The notes under the pieces: model-generated
What the model was told of the DNA's origin: nothing
Databases searched by the model: none
The model's input: the letters and a program-made list of their open reading frames with translations, nothing else
Program-made: the position numbers and the translations under genes
Shown here: positions 25,936 to 38,390 of the stretch, piece by piece
Layout: every line of letters starts with the position of its first letter
How positions within the stretch are numbered: the stretch's first letter is position 1
From: Octopus vulgaris
Taxonomy: Eukaryota
Reading direction: 5' to 3'
Assembly: GCA_951406725.2 (NCBI GenBank)
Contig: OX597837.1
Span: 15,872,001-15,936,000 of the forward strand
Length of the DNA: 64,000 nt

Positions 25936-27257
25936 CACACACACACACACATACACACACACATACACACACACATAGACATACATATATACATACACTG
26001 ACACACCTGTATGGATGCCACCCACAAGCAGGTGTGACCTGGTCGCATGTACCAAGCTTTACACCCTCTTCAGTCCTATCATCCATCATCTAACAGAACA
26101 GCAAGGATGTGGCTGCTAGAAGGAAAGAGGCACTACGGTGGTACCCATTTTCAGCTGAGTAGACTGAAGTGATGTGAAATGAAATGTCTTGATCAAAAAC
26201 ACAACAATGCCTGATCTAGAAATTAAATCCATAACCTTATTATTGAGCTCACCACAGTAACCATTAGATCGCATGCCTTTACTGCACAAACACAATATAT
26301 GGTAACTTAAATGGTTTCTGACAGCAACTCAAGTTTCATGTTCAAAGGTTTGGGTGAAACAAACGAAGCTCTTGTTTAATTGAAACCAAGTCAAACATCA
26401 CTCATTTTGGACCTGAAGCCTGAGCTGCAGTCAAAAGCTATTTAAGTTAATGTTTTTTAAAAAATATTCATAACACTCAAAAGTATTTCACATGCTGACC
26501 CTATCAACAAAGGAATACTGCACACACACACACACAAGACATGCACATATACTGTACCTCTGCAGAGCATAATGTGATGAAGTTGTTATCTTGTTCCTCT
26601 AAAAGATGTCTTTCATCCTTTCCAGTTTCATCACATTTGTGACCTTGTGCCTGACAGTATTTCAAATGTTAGTCTAAATTCTAAAATACTTTGCAGTATT
26701 TAGTTGCAGGCAATTATTTATTAAGCACCACCTCTACCATTTTTTTAAATACTTTTTTTTTTTGAATGGTCTGCAAATTTTTAGTTTTTTGAAAAATCTT
26801 CTTTTGCTTATTACTATTCATTAAAAATTCAAATATATTTAAAAATTTGTTTTTACTGTGTTTTAATATAGTTTGTAGTTTGATTTTTAATTGTTAATGA
26901 AATTGAAACCACAACAAGATATTTTACCCCTTGAGTGTGGAAATCCAATATCTCCACTGAAAATTCTTTAACTGCAAAAAACAGTTTTTATATGCCAATC
27001 CATCTTTCATTGACAAATGTCATGCTTGAAACAATTTTTTTTGAGATTTGTCAAAGTTCACTGGGGGAACAGGACTTGCAGGAAATAACAGTTCTATTTT
27101 TTTTATTGGAAAAACCAGGAAATTTCATTTTGCAGTGAAACGGTTAAACTTACAGAAAGTGAAACGTAACGTTTCCAACTGGAAGCAAAATGCAATTTAT
27201 ACACACTCTGAATACAAATGAAATATATTTACACACACACACATGCACACACACACA

Positions 27258-27297
<40 letters not shown>

Positions 27298-27863
27298 TAT
27301 GCATATGCACACACCTCTGCACACATATACACACAAGTACTGGAGTTGTAAATTGCATAACACTAATTATTTTATGATACAAAAAAGATTTAAACAATTT
27401 TTTTAAAATATTTGTCAGAATTATATTCTATTTTGTTAATTCTGACTCTACAGAACTCTCACATCTCTAAAAAAAAAGAAAATTTATAGTTAGAACAAGA
27501 TGTGTTACCTATTTATGGCCCTTCCTGTTCTAAGTTCAAATGCGGTTAGGGGTAGATCAAAGCCAGATCATAGGGAGGATGCTGTGGAACAAAGAAACTG
27601 AGAGAAAGAAATTCTTCCTTAGATAATGGCCCCCTTTTGATCTAGCTTCTGCGCCTGATTTCACTAACTTTTTAGTTTTTTAGCCAATCCAATCTTTTTC
27701 TTTTTTTCTTGTTACCATTAACTTAAGTCTTTTAATTACTAATTCCCCTTCAGCCACCCCAGCCATCTTATTTCATTCCATTTATCCCTTTATAATTCTT
27801 ACAAACAATATCCCCTTCTCTACTTTTCTAATAATTTTTTTATTTATTGAATTTATTTATATA

Positions 27864-27905
<42 letters not shown>

Positions 27906-28800
27906 TATACGAATATAAATAAATATATATATACATACATTCATATATATATATATATATGTTTATAAACAGTGTTCTCTTCTAAGCTATTTGCCAGCAT
28001 CCTCTGACGAGCATAACACGACTTTGTACTATAAGTGTCTCGAAATCCACGTCAGTCTATACACAGACTTCATTACATAACATACATGGCTAAGGCGCCA
28101 GCAATTTATTATCTGAGGCAACTGTAGAGATAAGACTTCATTACATCATTTACTTGTGTACACAACTTCCCAAGTGAATAGCTTCTTTGCACCTACTACA
28201 GTTCATCTGTCTGTGTTTAGATATATATATATATATATTTTTTTTTTTTAATTTGTGTCCAATTCTCACCCTGAGGAAATATTTAACTCGTTATTTCAAG
28301 ATGCAATTTCTAATTTTTAATTTATTACTTTGTAATTGATTAAGTAGGGAAACAAATTGTAGGTTACAGAGAATTTTGACAAAATGTAAATAAATTGAAT
28401 TTTATAAGTTGAGACTTTCTGTTTTTTCTTTGTAATACATATATAAGCACTTAGACCCTCTGAAGAAGCCTAGGGGCACATCCATTATGCAAGCCTTGTC
28501 TGTATATCCCTACATAACACTGAAGAGATGGAGATAACCAGGAAGATCTCGCTGCCTCTTGGCTGTAAGGGACTCGCACCTGCACACCTGCACACCTGTT
28601 CGGTTTATTGACAATCTGCTCAATTGCTCACTTGTTTCCACTTGCTTTATATGTTTCCACACCCTTCTTTATGCAGTTACCAGCCTTTTCCACTCAATGA
28701 TCTCTACCACAAATACTTGTGTGTGTATTCGTCAAATACATTTGAATAAATAGACATATTGCAATGTTTACCGGCTGATGTCTGTCGATTTTATATCCAC

Positions 28801-28881
28801 GGGCATATGGCGTAGTGGTTAAGAGCGCGGGCCACTAACCCCCAAGATTCCAAGTTTGATTCCAAGCAGTGATCTGAACAC

Positions 28882-28958
<77 letters not shown>

Positions 28959-29127
28959 TTGAAAAATACCTTAGGAATGAGAACCCAGGTTCGAAATTTC
29001 CCTAAGACACCTGAAGAAGGCTGGAGGGTATATCAGCTGAAACGTTGTGTTAACAACAGACAAGATGAGGACAAATATCCGTCGAATGTAAATAATGTAA
29101 CTAATTCCTCATCTCTTAAATATAGAA

Positions 29128-29130
<3 letters not shown>
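28801..29130 (+). mobile_element. tRNA-headed SINE-like element carrying a minimal hammerhead motif
   Basis: A box TGGCGTAGTGG (28808), degenerate B box AGTTTGATTCC (28853), (TAA)n 28882-28956, hammerhead ACAC-CTGAAGA-A-GGCTG..CAGCT-GAAAC-GTT-GTGT at 29007-29050. Confidence 0.65.
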
Positions 29131-29181
<51 letters not shown>

Positions 29182-29577
29182 CTGGATCAAAGTTGCATTC
29201 ATTGCGACATTATTTTGATCAATAGCAATTGGTTGAAATGAAAAATATAAATTCAACTTCCACTGTATATACGTGCAAGTGTATGTATATGGCTGCGCAA
29301 CCTTCGTGCTCGCATGGACCTTTATAAACACCTGTACTTTTAGGCTTTGGAACATTTTTGCCGATGGAAGCAGTGAAGTATTTTATTACTTGAAGCTTGA
29401 AATTGGTTCCGATTCACAATTAACCAGAAAATTTGATTTATTATTTTTCCTTTGTCTGCTTTCAACCTGTGCTATAAGACATTCAACGTGGTTTTTAGGG
29501 TTTTTAGTGCCATTTGGCATGTAGCATGTGGAGAGGCTCCTCTGTTCCCTTGATATAATTATTAATATAGTATATAT

Positions 29578-29614
<37 letters not shown>

Positions 29615-29929
29615 TGTAATAATAACAATAATCATTGGATGGCATTTATAAACATTTAATGCATCGCTACGCGTGTTTCCACAAATCACATGTCTCTTAT
29701 GATCAAAGTCCATATTCCTGGGATGATTACAGTGTAGTCTGTGGTATTCGTGGTCATCTGGCAGATCACATTCATGGATTCACCAGTCACCATCTTTAGA
29801 CTGTGGCTGGCATAACGGAATAGGAGCTTCATTTGCATATTCAAAACATTTCCTCTATACAAATTTAAAAGATATATATATACTGACACACACACATACA
29901 CACACACACATACACACACACACACATAT

Positions 29930-30270
29930 AGGTACAGGCATGGCTGTGTGGTAAGAAGCTGGTTTCCCAACCACATGGTTCTGGGTTCAGTCCCACTGTG
30001 TGACATCTTGGGCAAGTGTCTTCTTCTATAGCCTCAGGCTGACCAAAGCCTTGTGAGTGGATCTGGTAGATGGAAACTGAAAGAAGCCCGTTGTGTGTAT
30101 ATATTTATATGTGTGTGTGTCTCTGTGTCTGTGTTTGCACCCCACCACTGCTTGACAAATGGTGGCAGTGTGTTTATGTCCCTATAACTTAGCAGTTCAT
30201 CAAAAGAAACGGAAGGAATAAATACTCAGCTTCAAAGAATAAGTCCTAGGGTTGATTTGTTTAACTAAAA
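29930..30270 (+). mobile_element. tRNA-derived SINE, family A
   Basis: GGCATGGCTGTGTGGTAAG..GGGTTCAGTCCCACTG..AAGAATAAGTCC. Confidence 0.85.
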
Positions 30271-31486
30271 ACCCTTTCCATCCATTTTTCCATGCTTGAA
30301 GGGGTCAGATGGAATTTGTGGAGGCAGATTTTTCTACACGCTGGATGCCTTTCCTTTCACCAACCCTGTTTTGAAGCAAGGTAATATTCCCCCATGGCCA
30401 AACATATTCTCGACAGAGGACTGGAAATGAGCAATGCTGCTCATATGACAGTGATGCTCATTGCCAACCATCACATGATGTAGAGACAAGGGTATACACA
30501 AACACATACACTCATACACACACATATATGTTGTATGCGTGTGTGTGTGTGTGTGTGAGTGCCTCTGTCTTTACATCACAGAATAGTTGTAAATGGGTTT
30601 CACCATCAAATGAGTAGTTGTTCATCATTTCCGATCTTCCATTAAAACGTGTCTGGTCAAAAAAAAAAAAAACCCACAACAAGCAAAACAAATAACTAAC
30701 TCGAAAACAAATGAAGGTTGGTGATAGGAAAGGCACCAGGCTATAGAATATATGCCTTAACAAGCATGGAAAAGTGGACATGATGACGACTTCAACGATG
30801 ACGACGATGAGGATGATGGATGGATGGATTTATAACCTTACTTTGTGGCTTGATTATTTCTGAGTTGAAATGTTGTTAGTGTTGTTGTTTGACTCTTGGC
30901 AGGAAAATTGGAGGGCATAAGGTAGGGTGTGGGGGGAGGGCCTCAGTAAAACAGACCCCTTCCCTACCAAGTCCAAAGCCGGGGCTGGGTGGAATCGTTT
31001 GTTCGTGCATCAGACAAGATGTCTCATGGTTTTTGTTCCAGCAAGCTTTTAAGGTTTCAAGTTGTTGAGTTGTAGAATCAGTCCCCCGACTGGTTCACCA
31101 TCATCATCTCCCTGGGTCCTAGGGTTCTTGGATGCCTTCAGCAAAGTTCGCTCTTTTGTAAAGCATTCAGAGTTGTGGGGTTCGGAATGGTGTCTGATTT
31201 GAAGATAACTTCTGCACCCCATTTCAACTTCCCTGTCATTTAGGGACCTGAGAACAAAGAAGGGTGAAGGGCACTGCCCTTTCTTGTCTCGTTAAGGATG
31301 AAAAAAAGCCAACAAAAGGGAATGAATCGGAAAACTGTTCATCATCTTCATCCTCCATTTAGACACCGGCCACCATTCCTATTATTGCAGACTTTATCTT
31401 CAAACAACAGGATATCCTGATAAAAAAAAAAGATCTCTTTCTCTCTCTCTCTCTCTCTACACACACATGTGTATACACACACACAT

Positions 31487-31519
<33 letters not shown>

Positions 31520-31520
31520 G

Positions 31521-31557
<37 letters not shown>

Positions 31558-31593
31558 CTAAGGGATAAATATATATGTGTGTGTGTGTATGTA

Positions 31594-31638
<45 letters not shown>

Positions 31639-31639
31639 A

Positions 31640-31841
31640 CTCTTTACTCTTTTACTCTTTTACTTGTTTCAGTCATTTGGCTGCGGCCATGCTAGAGCAC
31701 CGCCTTTAGTCGAGCAAATCGACCCCAGGACTTATTCTTTGTAAGCCCAGTACTTATTCTATCGGTCTCTTTTGCCGAACCGCTAAGTGACGGGGACGTA
31801 AACACACCAGCATCGGTTCTCAAGCAATGCTAGGGGGACAA

Positions 31842-31876
<35 letters not shown>

Positions 31877-32048
31877 CATATATACGACAGGCTTCTTTCA
31901 GTTTCCGTCTACCAAATCCACTCACAAGGCATTGGTCGGCCCGGGGCTATAGCAGAAGACACTTGCCCAAGATGCCACGCAGTGGGACTGAACCCGGAAC
32001 CATGTGGTTGCTTAGCAAGCTACTTACCACACAGCCACTCCTGCGCCT
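31640..32048 (-). mobile_element. tRNA-derived SINE, family A, young full-length copy
   Basis: Very close reverse-complement match to 33970-34370, with (TTTTACTC)n tail. Confidence 0.9.
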
Positions 32049-32187
32049 TATATATATATATAAGAATATATATATATATATATATATATGTATACATACA
32101 TACATATATATATATATGTATATATATGCATATATATATATATATATATACATATACATACATATACATATATATATACATACATAA

Positions 32188-32230
<43 letters not shown>

Positions 32231-32250
32231 TCATCGTCGTTTAACGTCCG

Positions 32251-32299
<49 letters not shown>

Positions 32300-33351
32300 C
32301 ATACATACATACATACATATATAAATATATACAGAGAGGGAGAGAGAGAAGAGAGAGAGAAACAGGCAGGCAGACAGACAGACAGAGTGGAGTGAGAGAG
32401 CTACATACATGTGAATGTGCATTTGGTGGGAAATATTCATATCAGTTAGAAGAAGAATGCCGATAAACAAGTGCAGCCGACAAACACTTATCTAACCGGA
32501 GTTAGACAGGCAATCCCTTGACATTGCGGTCATCGGAAGTACGGCAACTGGTCAGTTGGAAGCATAAAGTCAATGACTGCTCATAAATTGGGCAATTAAA
32601 GAAATAAACATTAAAGAGAAAAATATAATTAAAAATTCAGTCCTTATCTCAATCAGTTGTGATGTCCTAATAATGTTAACGACTATGTTAAGGGCAATAA
32701 TAATAATAGTAATAATAACAACAACAACAACAACAATTATAATAATAATCCCTTCTATTTAAGGCACAAGGCCTGAAATTTTGGGGGAGGAGACTAGTTG
32801 ATTACATCGACCCCAGTGTTTCACTGGTACTTGATTAAATCTTTATAAAGTAGAATCTCGTTGGAGGTAGAAGAAAAGATATACCATTACATTTTTATGT
32901 TTTTATGTGATAAGTGAAGGGAGCATTTCAGCTGAGTATTGTTTAATAGGGAAAATTTGGTAGGGACCTTATAAAGAGGGGAAAGGAAATATATTCAGTT
33001 AAATAGATATAAGATATAATATATATTATATTTTGGGTAATCATTAAAAAGTATAGAGGTAAATAATATACCGTAATGAACCTTGTATTTAAGTATTTTA
33101 TAAATATTAGGGTAAAAATTTAATCAGGGTGTATAAATTCATAAGTAAAAAGAAGAAAAGGATAGAGTTAAAGATACTTTATAATGATCTAATTCATCAT
33201 CATCATCATCATTTAACGTCCGCTTTCCATGCTTTTAATTAAAATCTTTAAAGTTTGAATTGAAACAGCTGTCAGGGATTATGTCTATTTTTGTAATTAA
33301 TAAATATAATTATTAATTGATTTATCTCTATTTTCTTATTTTTCTTATATA

Positions 33352-33388
<37 letters not shown>

Positions 33389-33969
33389 TTTGTTAGGCTA
33401 TTACTTTGAACAAGACGGTGTAACACTTAACATTTGTTTAGGATTCCATGTAAATTCATGAATGTCCAACTTTCAATGAGATTCTAAACATAAATTTGCT
33501 CTCCAGTTATCATTTGGTATTATATATACATCTGAATGGATTGCAGAGTGTATATGCAAAACTAGAATAGGACTGGAGATTCATTGCCAAATTTTTTCCT
33601 CTTATTACATTGTAGATTAGACATGCATTTATACACAGCCAGACACAAACACTCAGACATGTTTAAAATGAATCCTTTCACTGTTGTAATCAGATCTATC
33701 CATTTACTCAGAATCTCGTTACCCTTCACGGCAGAAAGCAGTTCTTAGACACCAATCTATCTTTTGAAAATAAGCTTTTTGTGGAGATATGTGAAGGTTA
33801 TTGAGGCAATGTGACTTGCAGAAAATACCAATAATATTTCTTTGGGAGATATTTTGCATTGCTTCTGGAAGAATCATGAAATTTAACTTTGCAGTTAAAG
33901 AGTTAAATAACAACAGTGAACCAAGGTCAGAGGGTTTGAAGAGGAAACTGGACAGGATACATCAACATC

Positions 33970-34370
33970 TAGGCGCAGGAGTGGCTGTGTGGTAAGTAGC
34001 TTGCTTACCAACCACATGGTTCCAGGTTCAGTCCTACAGCGTGGCATCTTGGGCAAGTGTCTTCTACTATAGCCTTGGGCCGACCAAAGCCTTGTGAGTA
34101 GATTTGGTAGACGGAAACTGAAAGAAGCCTGTCGTATATATGTATATGTATATATGTGTGTATGTGTGTGTTTGGGTTTGTGCCCCCATCATCGCTTGAC
34201 AACTGATGCTGGTGTGTTTATGTCCCCGTAAGTTAGCAGTTCGGCAAAAGAGACCGACAGAATAAGTAATAGGCTTACAAAGAATAAGTCCTGGGGTCGA
34301 TTTGCTCGACTAAAGGCAGTGCTCCAGCATGGCCACAGTCAAATGACTGAAACAAATAAAAGAGTAAGAG
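33970..34370 (+). mobile_element. tRNA-derived SINE, family A, full length
   Basis: AGGCGCAGGAGTGGCTGTGTGGTAAG head, GGTTCAGTCC box, internal (TA/TG)n, ..GACTGAAACAAATAAAAGAGT tail. Confidence 0.9.
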
Positions 34371-34400
34371 TCTCTATTCTAGATTCCCTGGATATAAGGC

Positions 34401-34510
34401 AGCAAGCTGGCAGAATTGGTAGCAAGCTGGCAGAATTGGTAGCAAGCTGGCAGAATTGGTAGCAAGCTGGCAGAATTGGTAGCAAGCTGGCAGAATTGGT
34501 AGCAAGCTGA
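34401..34510 (+). repeat. 20-bp tandem repeat x5.5 (AGCAAGCTGGCAGAATTGGT)
   Basis: Five identical units then a partial one; unit resembles the head of SINE family C, whose body follows. Confidence 0.95.
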
Positions 34511-34858
34511 GCAAAATACTCAGCAGGATTCCGTTTGTATATTCTGAGTTCAAATTCTGCTGGGGTTGACTTTGCCTTTCATCCTTTTGGGGTTGATAAA
34601 TTAATATACCAGTTGCATACATGGAGTGGTTGGCGTTAGGAAGGGCATCCAGCTGTAGAAACATTGCCAGATAAGACTGGAGCCTGGTGCAGCCTTCTGG
34701 CTTCCCAGAATCCCGGTCGAACCGTCCAACCCATGCTAGCATGGAGAACGGACGTTAAACGATGATGATGATGATGATGATACTGGGGTTCGATGTAATT
34801 GACTATGCCCTTCCCACAAATTTCCAGGCCTTGTGTCTATAGAAGAAAGTTCTATTAC

Positions 34859-34922
34859 CTGGGTATTCAAACTGTTTCGGAAGATTCACAGTCTTGTAGC
34901 AATCTGATGTTTTTTCACAAAT
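34859..34922 (-). CDS. PIERCE1: PIERCE1-like, coding exon 2 (ICEKTSDCYKTVNLPKQFEYP)
   Basis: Acceptor TTTTATTTTTCAG, donor G|GTAATA, phase 0->1; aligns by eye to PIERCE1 ERTSDYYRV..LPGRFNNP. Confidence 0.9.
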
Positions 34923-35249
34923 CTGAAAAATAAAACAAAAAAACCATCGACAAACTTTATCCCAGCTTCGTCTCCTTCTGCGTTCAATGGAAACAACAAA
35001 GATGCTTATCTTATTCAAGTGTTTTGGAAAATAAGAAAAAAAAAACAAAAATAAAGTTAAAATATTGAAAACTATGTCAACATCAGGAGCAGCCACGGCT
35101 GAATGGTAAGGACTTTGCTTCCCAACCACATGGTTCAGGGATCAATCCTACTGCATGCCATCTTGGGCAAGTGTCTTCAACTATAGTCCGAGGCTGAGCA
35201 AAGCTTTGCGAGTGGAAGTGGTAGATGGAAACTGAAAGAATCCCACCGC

Positions 35250-35286
<37 letters not shown>

Positions 35287-35444
35287 TATACATATATATA
35301 TTATACACATGTGCGATGTGTGTTTGTCTTTATTCCCCACCACCACCATCAGTGATCCTCCTTTCTTTTCTTTTACCCAAAACCAGGAACTTTTCAGCAT
35401 CCCCCCCCCCCCCACCATCTCTCTCTCTCTCTCTCTCTCTCTAC

Positions 35445-35730
35445 TTATTCTATACTTATTCCATCGGTCTCTTTTGCCGAACAGCTAAGCTACGGGGACA
35501 TAAACACACTACCATTGGTTGTCAAGCGATGTTGCGGGGACAAACATACACACACACATATACAGATATACAATGAGCTTCTTTCAGTTTCCATCTATGA
35601 AATCTACTCACAAAGCTTTGGTCGGCCCGAGGCTATAGTAGAAGACACTTACCCAAGGTGTCCCGCAGTGGGAATGAACCCGGAACCATGTGGTTGGTAA
35701 GCAAGCTACTTACCACACAGCCACTCCTGC
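35445..35730 (-). mobile_element. tRNA-derived SINE, family A; opposed to a partial + copy at 35084-35245
   Basis: Reverse-complement family A sequence. Confidence 0.85.
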
Positions 35731-36796
35731 CAATCATTTATATGTGTGTGTGTATATATATATATATAAATGATTAGTATAAGATATAGATTAATAGAAT
35801 CTTGCAGCTATCATAGAAAGCTCCATGTGTGTGTGTGCGTGCGTGTGTGTGTGTGTGTGTGGGTCTCTGTAAAAGTGGTGCATCAACTTCGATGTCTCTG
35901 AATACAGAATTAGTTAAAACTTAACTATTTAGTGTATAAAGATCAATGGAATAAGTAACAGACAGATGTAAGTACTGAGGTCAATAAAACAGAGGTAAAA
36001 AAAACCCAGAAAAGTTCTGAAGGAGGTGCTCCAGCATGGTTGCAGTCTAATAAATAAAAACCAGTCAAAGGATAAAAAGAATGGCTGTTATGAGTGTTGT
36101 TGTTGTTGATGATGATGATGATGATGATGGCGAGATGCTATCAGCATTTTGTAATTATCCAGAAAAAACCACTTGATGTTTTCATTTATTCATGCCCAAA
36201 ATAACCAAAGATATAGATGCACTTCACTGAAGAGCTGCCTTCCTGTTTCTAAGACACCGGGTCACCAAGGGATCCTTGAAATGGTCACTCGGCATGCTAG
36301 AAATAATACCCAAATCTGACAGTTCCTCTTTATAAATCGGTCTTGAAACAAGGGAGCTTCTACGTGGTTATTCGATTAACTAGAAATAGTAGCCAAATCT
36401 TCATCAAATAGTGCGCCACGGTCTTCAAAAGAAGGACACTTGGACAATGTAAAGCAGACTTTGAGTCACGTGTTTCACTTTCACATTCGTTCATTAACCA
36501 CGTCAAAAACAAACAGTAAAACTCTGAAGATCGCCCAGTGTAGAACTAGGCGGGATGGTCACCTTTGAAATATTTTCAATCAAGGGATCTGCTCTATTAA
36601 GCTTTTCCTAAGACTAAACAACAATAACACGTGCCGAAAACCTGTCAAGACCGAGTCCTAGGCCATCCCTGATCGAGCAAACCCCTGGATGTAGTGAATA
36701 TGTTCTCTTTTTAAGACGAGATAGATTTGGCTGCTATTTCTAGCAGTTAGAGCAACAATATAGAGATTCTCCCTTAGTTCGGTGTGTGTGTGTGTG

Positions 36797-36873
<77 letters not shown>

Positions 36874-36935
36874 GCGTGCGTGTGTGTGTCGCAGGTTGTA
36901 TCTATTACAGTAAAACGAATGAAAAATGGCTTTAC

Positions 36936-37013
36936 CTCTAAGTTTCCATTACATTCCACCATTTCCGGCACTTCATTTGGTTTTGTGTCATTTTTCCCTT
37001 CTGATTCTAACAT
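36936..37013 (-). CDS. PIERCE1: PIERCE1-like, coding exon 1 (MLESEGKNDTKPNEVPEMVECNGNLE)
   Basis: ACAATG start, donor GAG|GTAAAG, 78 nt phase 0 compatible with exon 2; X-box just upstream; four exons give 115 aa. Confidence 0.75.
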
Positions 37014-37065
37014 TGTGGTGAAAAGAGTCAAAGCTTGCTTGAGATCTCGCGATTATTTATTGTCT

Positions 37066-37078
37066 GTTACCTAGCAAC
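37066..37078. promoter_or_regulatory. RFX X-box
   Basis: GTTACCTAGCAAC, a canonical RFX motif, ~52 bp upstream of the PIERCE1-like ATG; E-box TCACGTGA nearby at ~37104. Confidence 0.8.
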
Positions 37079-37428
37079 GAAATCCACAACCAGCATTCAC
37101 GAATCACGTGATACAATCAATACAGATCGGGAAAAGCTGAATTTCGGCGACACTTTCGGCTCACTAGCAATTTACTATTTATAAAACAAAATAAATAGAT
37201 AAATAAAATGATGTCTGCCATACGCATTTTTAAAAATATCATAATGCTTCATTTGGTTTTAGTATTATCTGGGCTTGTACTATCTTGCACTATATTTTTG
37301 TGTTGGGGCTAAGTTTGACAGTTTGCATGAAAGGAAAAGTAAGCACAATACCTCATCGAAAAATATAAGGATTTAAAAAAAAAAAACAATCAACTAGATT
37401 GTGGCTAGGAGATAATAGTTTACTCGAG

Positions 37429-37865
37429 GCTACTTTGGCGTGTGATCTACAAGAGAGATTACTTTAGGATACTTTTGAAATTATTTCGGACATACTTAGC
37501 ATTGTAAACGTATTTTTTTCAAAATTCTTACTATTTTAACAATAGGAGATCCATATCATAATTAAAATAGATGCCAAAATAAATTTGCTCCCGTAGATCA
37601 CACGGCAAAGTAGCGCTAACACAAAATAAACTAAGGACTAACCTAAATTAATCTCCCTTTAAATTGTAGATCACACGCCAAAGTGGCACCTTTCTGTTTC
37701 TTAAGAGATGATGTGAATTTAGTGCTGGTTTCTTGTAAATATGCAACTGCCTTCGTCTCATCGCTGATCACATTGTAAAAATCTTTAAGCAGCATCTTAC
37801 GGGTTTTTAGAAATTGAAAAGTAAATTAAAGGTAATCTCTCTTGTAGATCCCACGCCAAAAGAGC
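37429..37865. mobile_element. MITE with ~37-bp TIRs and internal TIR-derived repeats
   Basis: GCTACTTTGGCGTGTGATCTACAAGAGAGATTAC / GTAATCTCTCTTGTAGATCCCACGCCAAAAGAGC; TAGATCACACG(G/C)CAAAGT repeated internally at ~37594 and ~37668. Confidence 0.7.
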
Positions 37866-37879
37866 ACTGTTTACTCAAA

Positions 37880-38390
37880 GCGACCACTCTCAGCTTCCAT
37901 CATGGCCTCAAGACAGCTCCAGAACCTGGCACATTCCTCACTGTGCCTCTGGGAAGATCTTCGAACGCTTCCTTGATCTTGGCCTCCAGCTCGGCCTTGG
38001 TGATACAGGCAGAGCGGTCGGGGAACTTCTCCGCTACGCCCCACATATAGTAATTCATGGGATTACACTCAGGGGAGTCAGGAGTCCAGGAATTAAGACT
38101 GGCGAAGTCATTGGAATTCTCCGACAAACAATTCGCACTTTTCCCGGATGCATAGCCAGGAGCCAACTCCTGCAGGCATCTATATATATGGCCTTCCAAC
38201 AGCAACCCTTTCCAGCCAGGGGATTGATCACAGGCTGCAGCAGCTTCACGTGGTCGTCTGAACTGAGTCTAAGGCCCTGTTCAAAGATGTGCGGTGGCAT
38301 GACGTCACCCTCAGAACCCCTAGCTGTGTCCCTTCTTGCTGGCATTGGGTTCGTTATCTCTGTTGCAGCTCTCCATGTCATGTCTTACAG
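37880..38390 (-). mobile_element. Tc1/mariner (maT-like) transposase fragment
   Basis: SEGDVMPPHIFEQGLRL; WTPDSPECNPMNYYMWGVAEK (decayed WPPxSPDLNPxDY); frameshifted. Confidence 0.8.

Noticed and set aside
33719-33913. Extra PIERCE1-like exon or nested ORF
   Set aside because: No family similarity, no convincing acceptor, and the gene model is complete without it.
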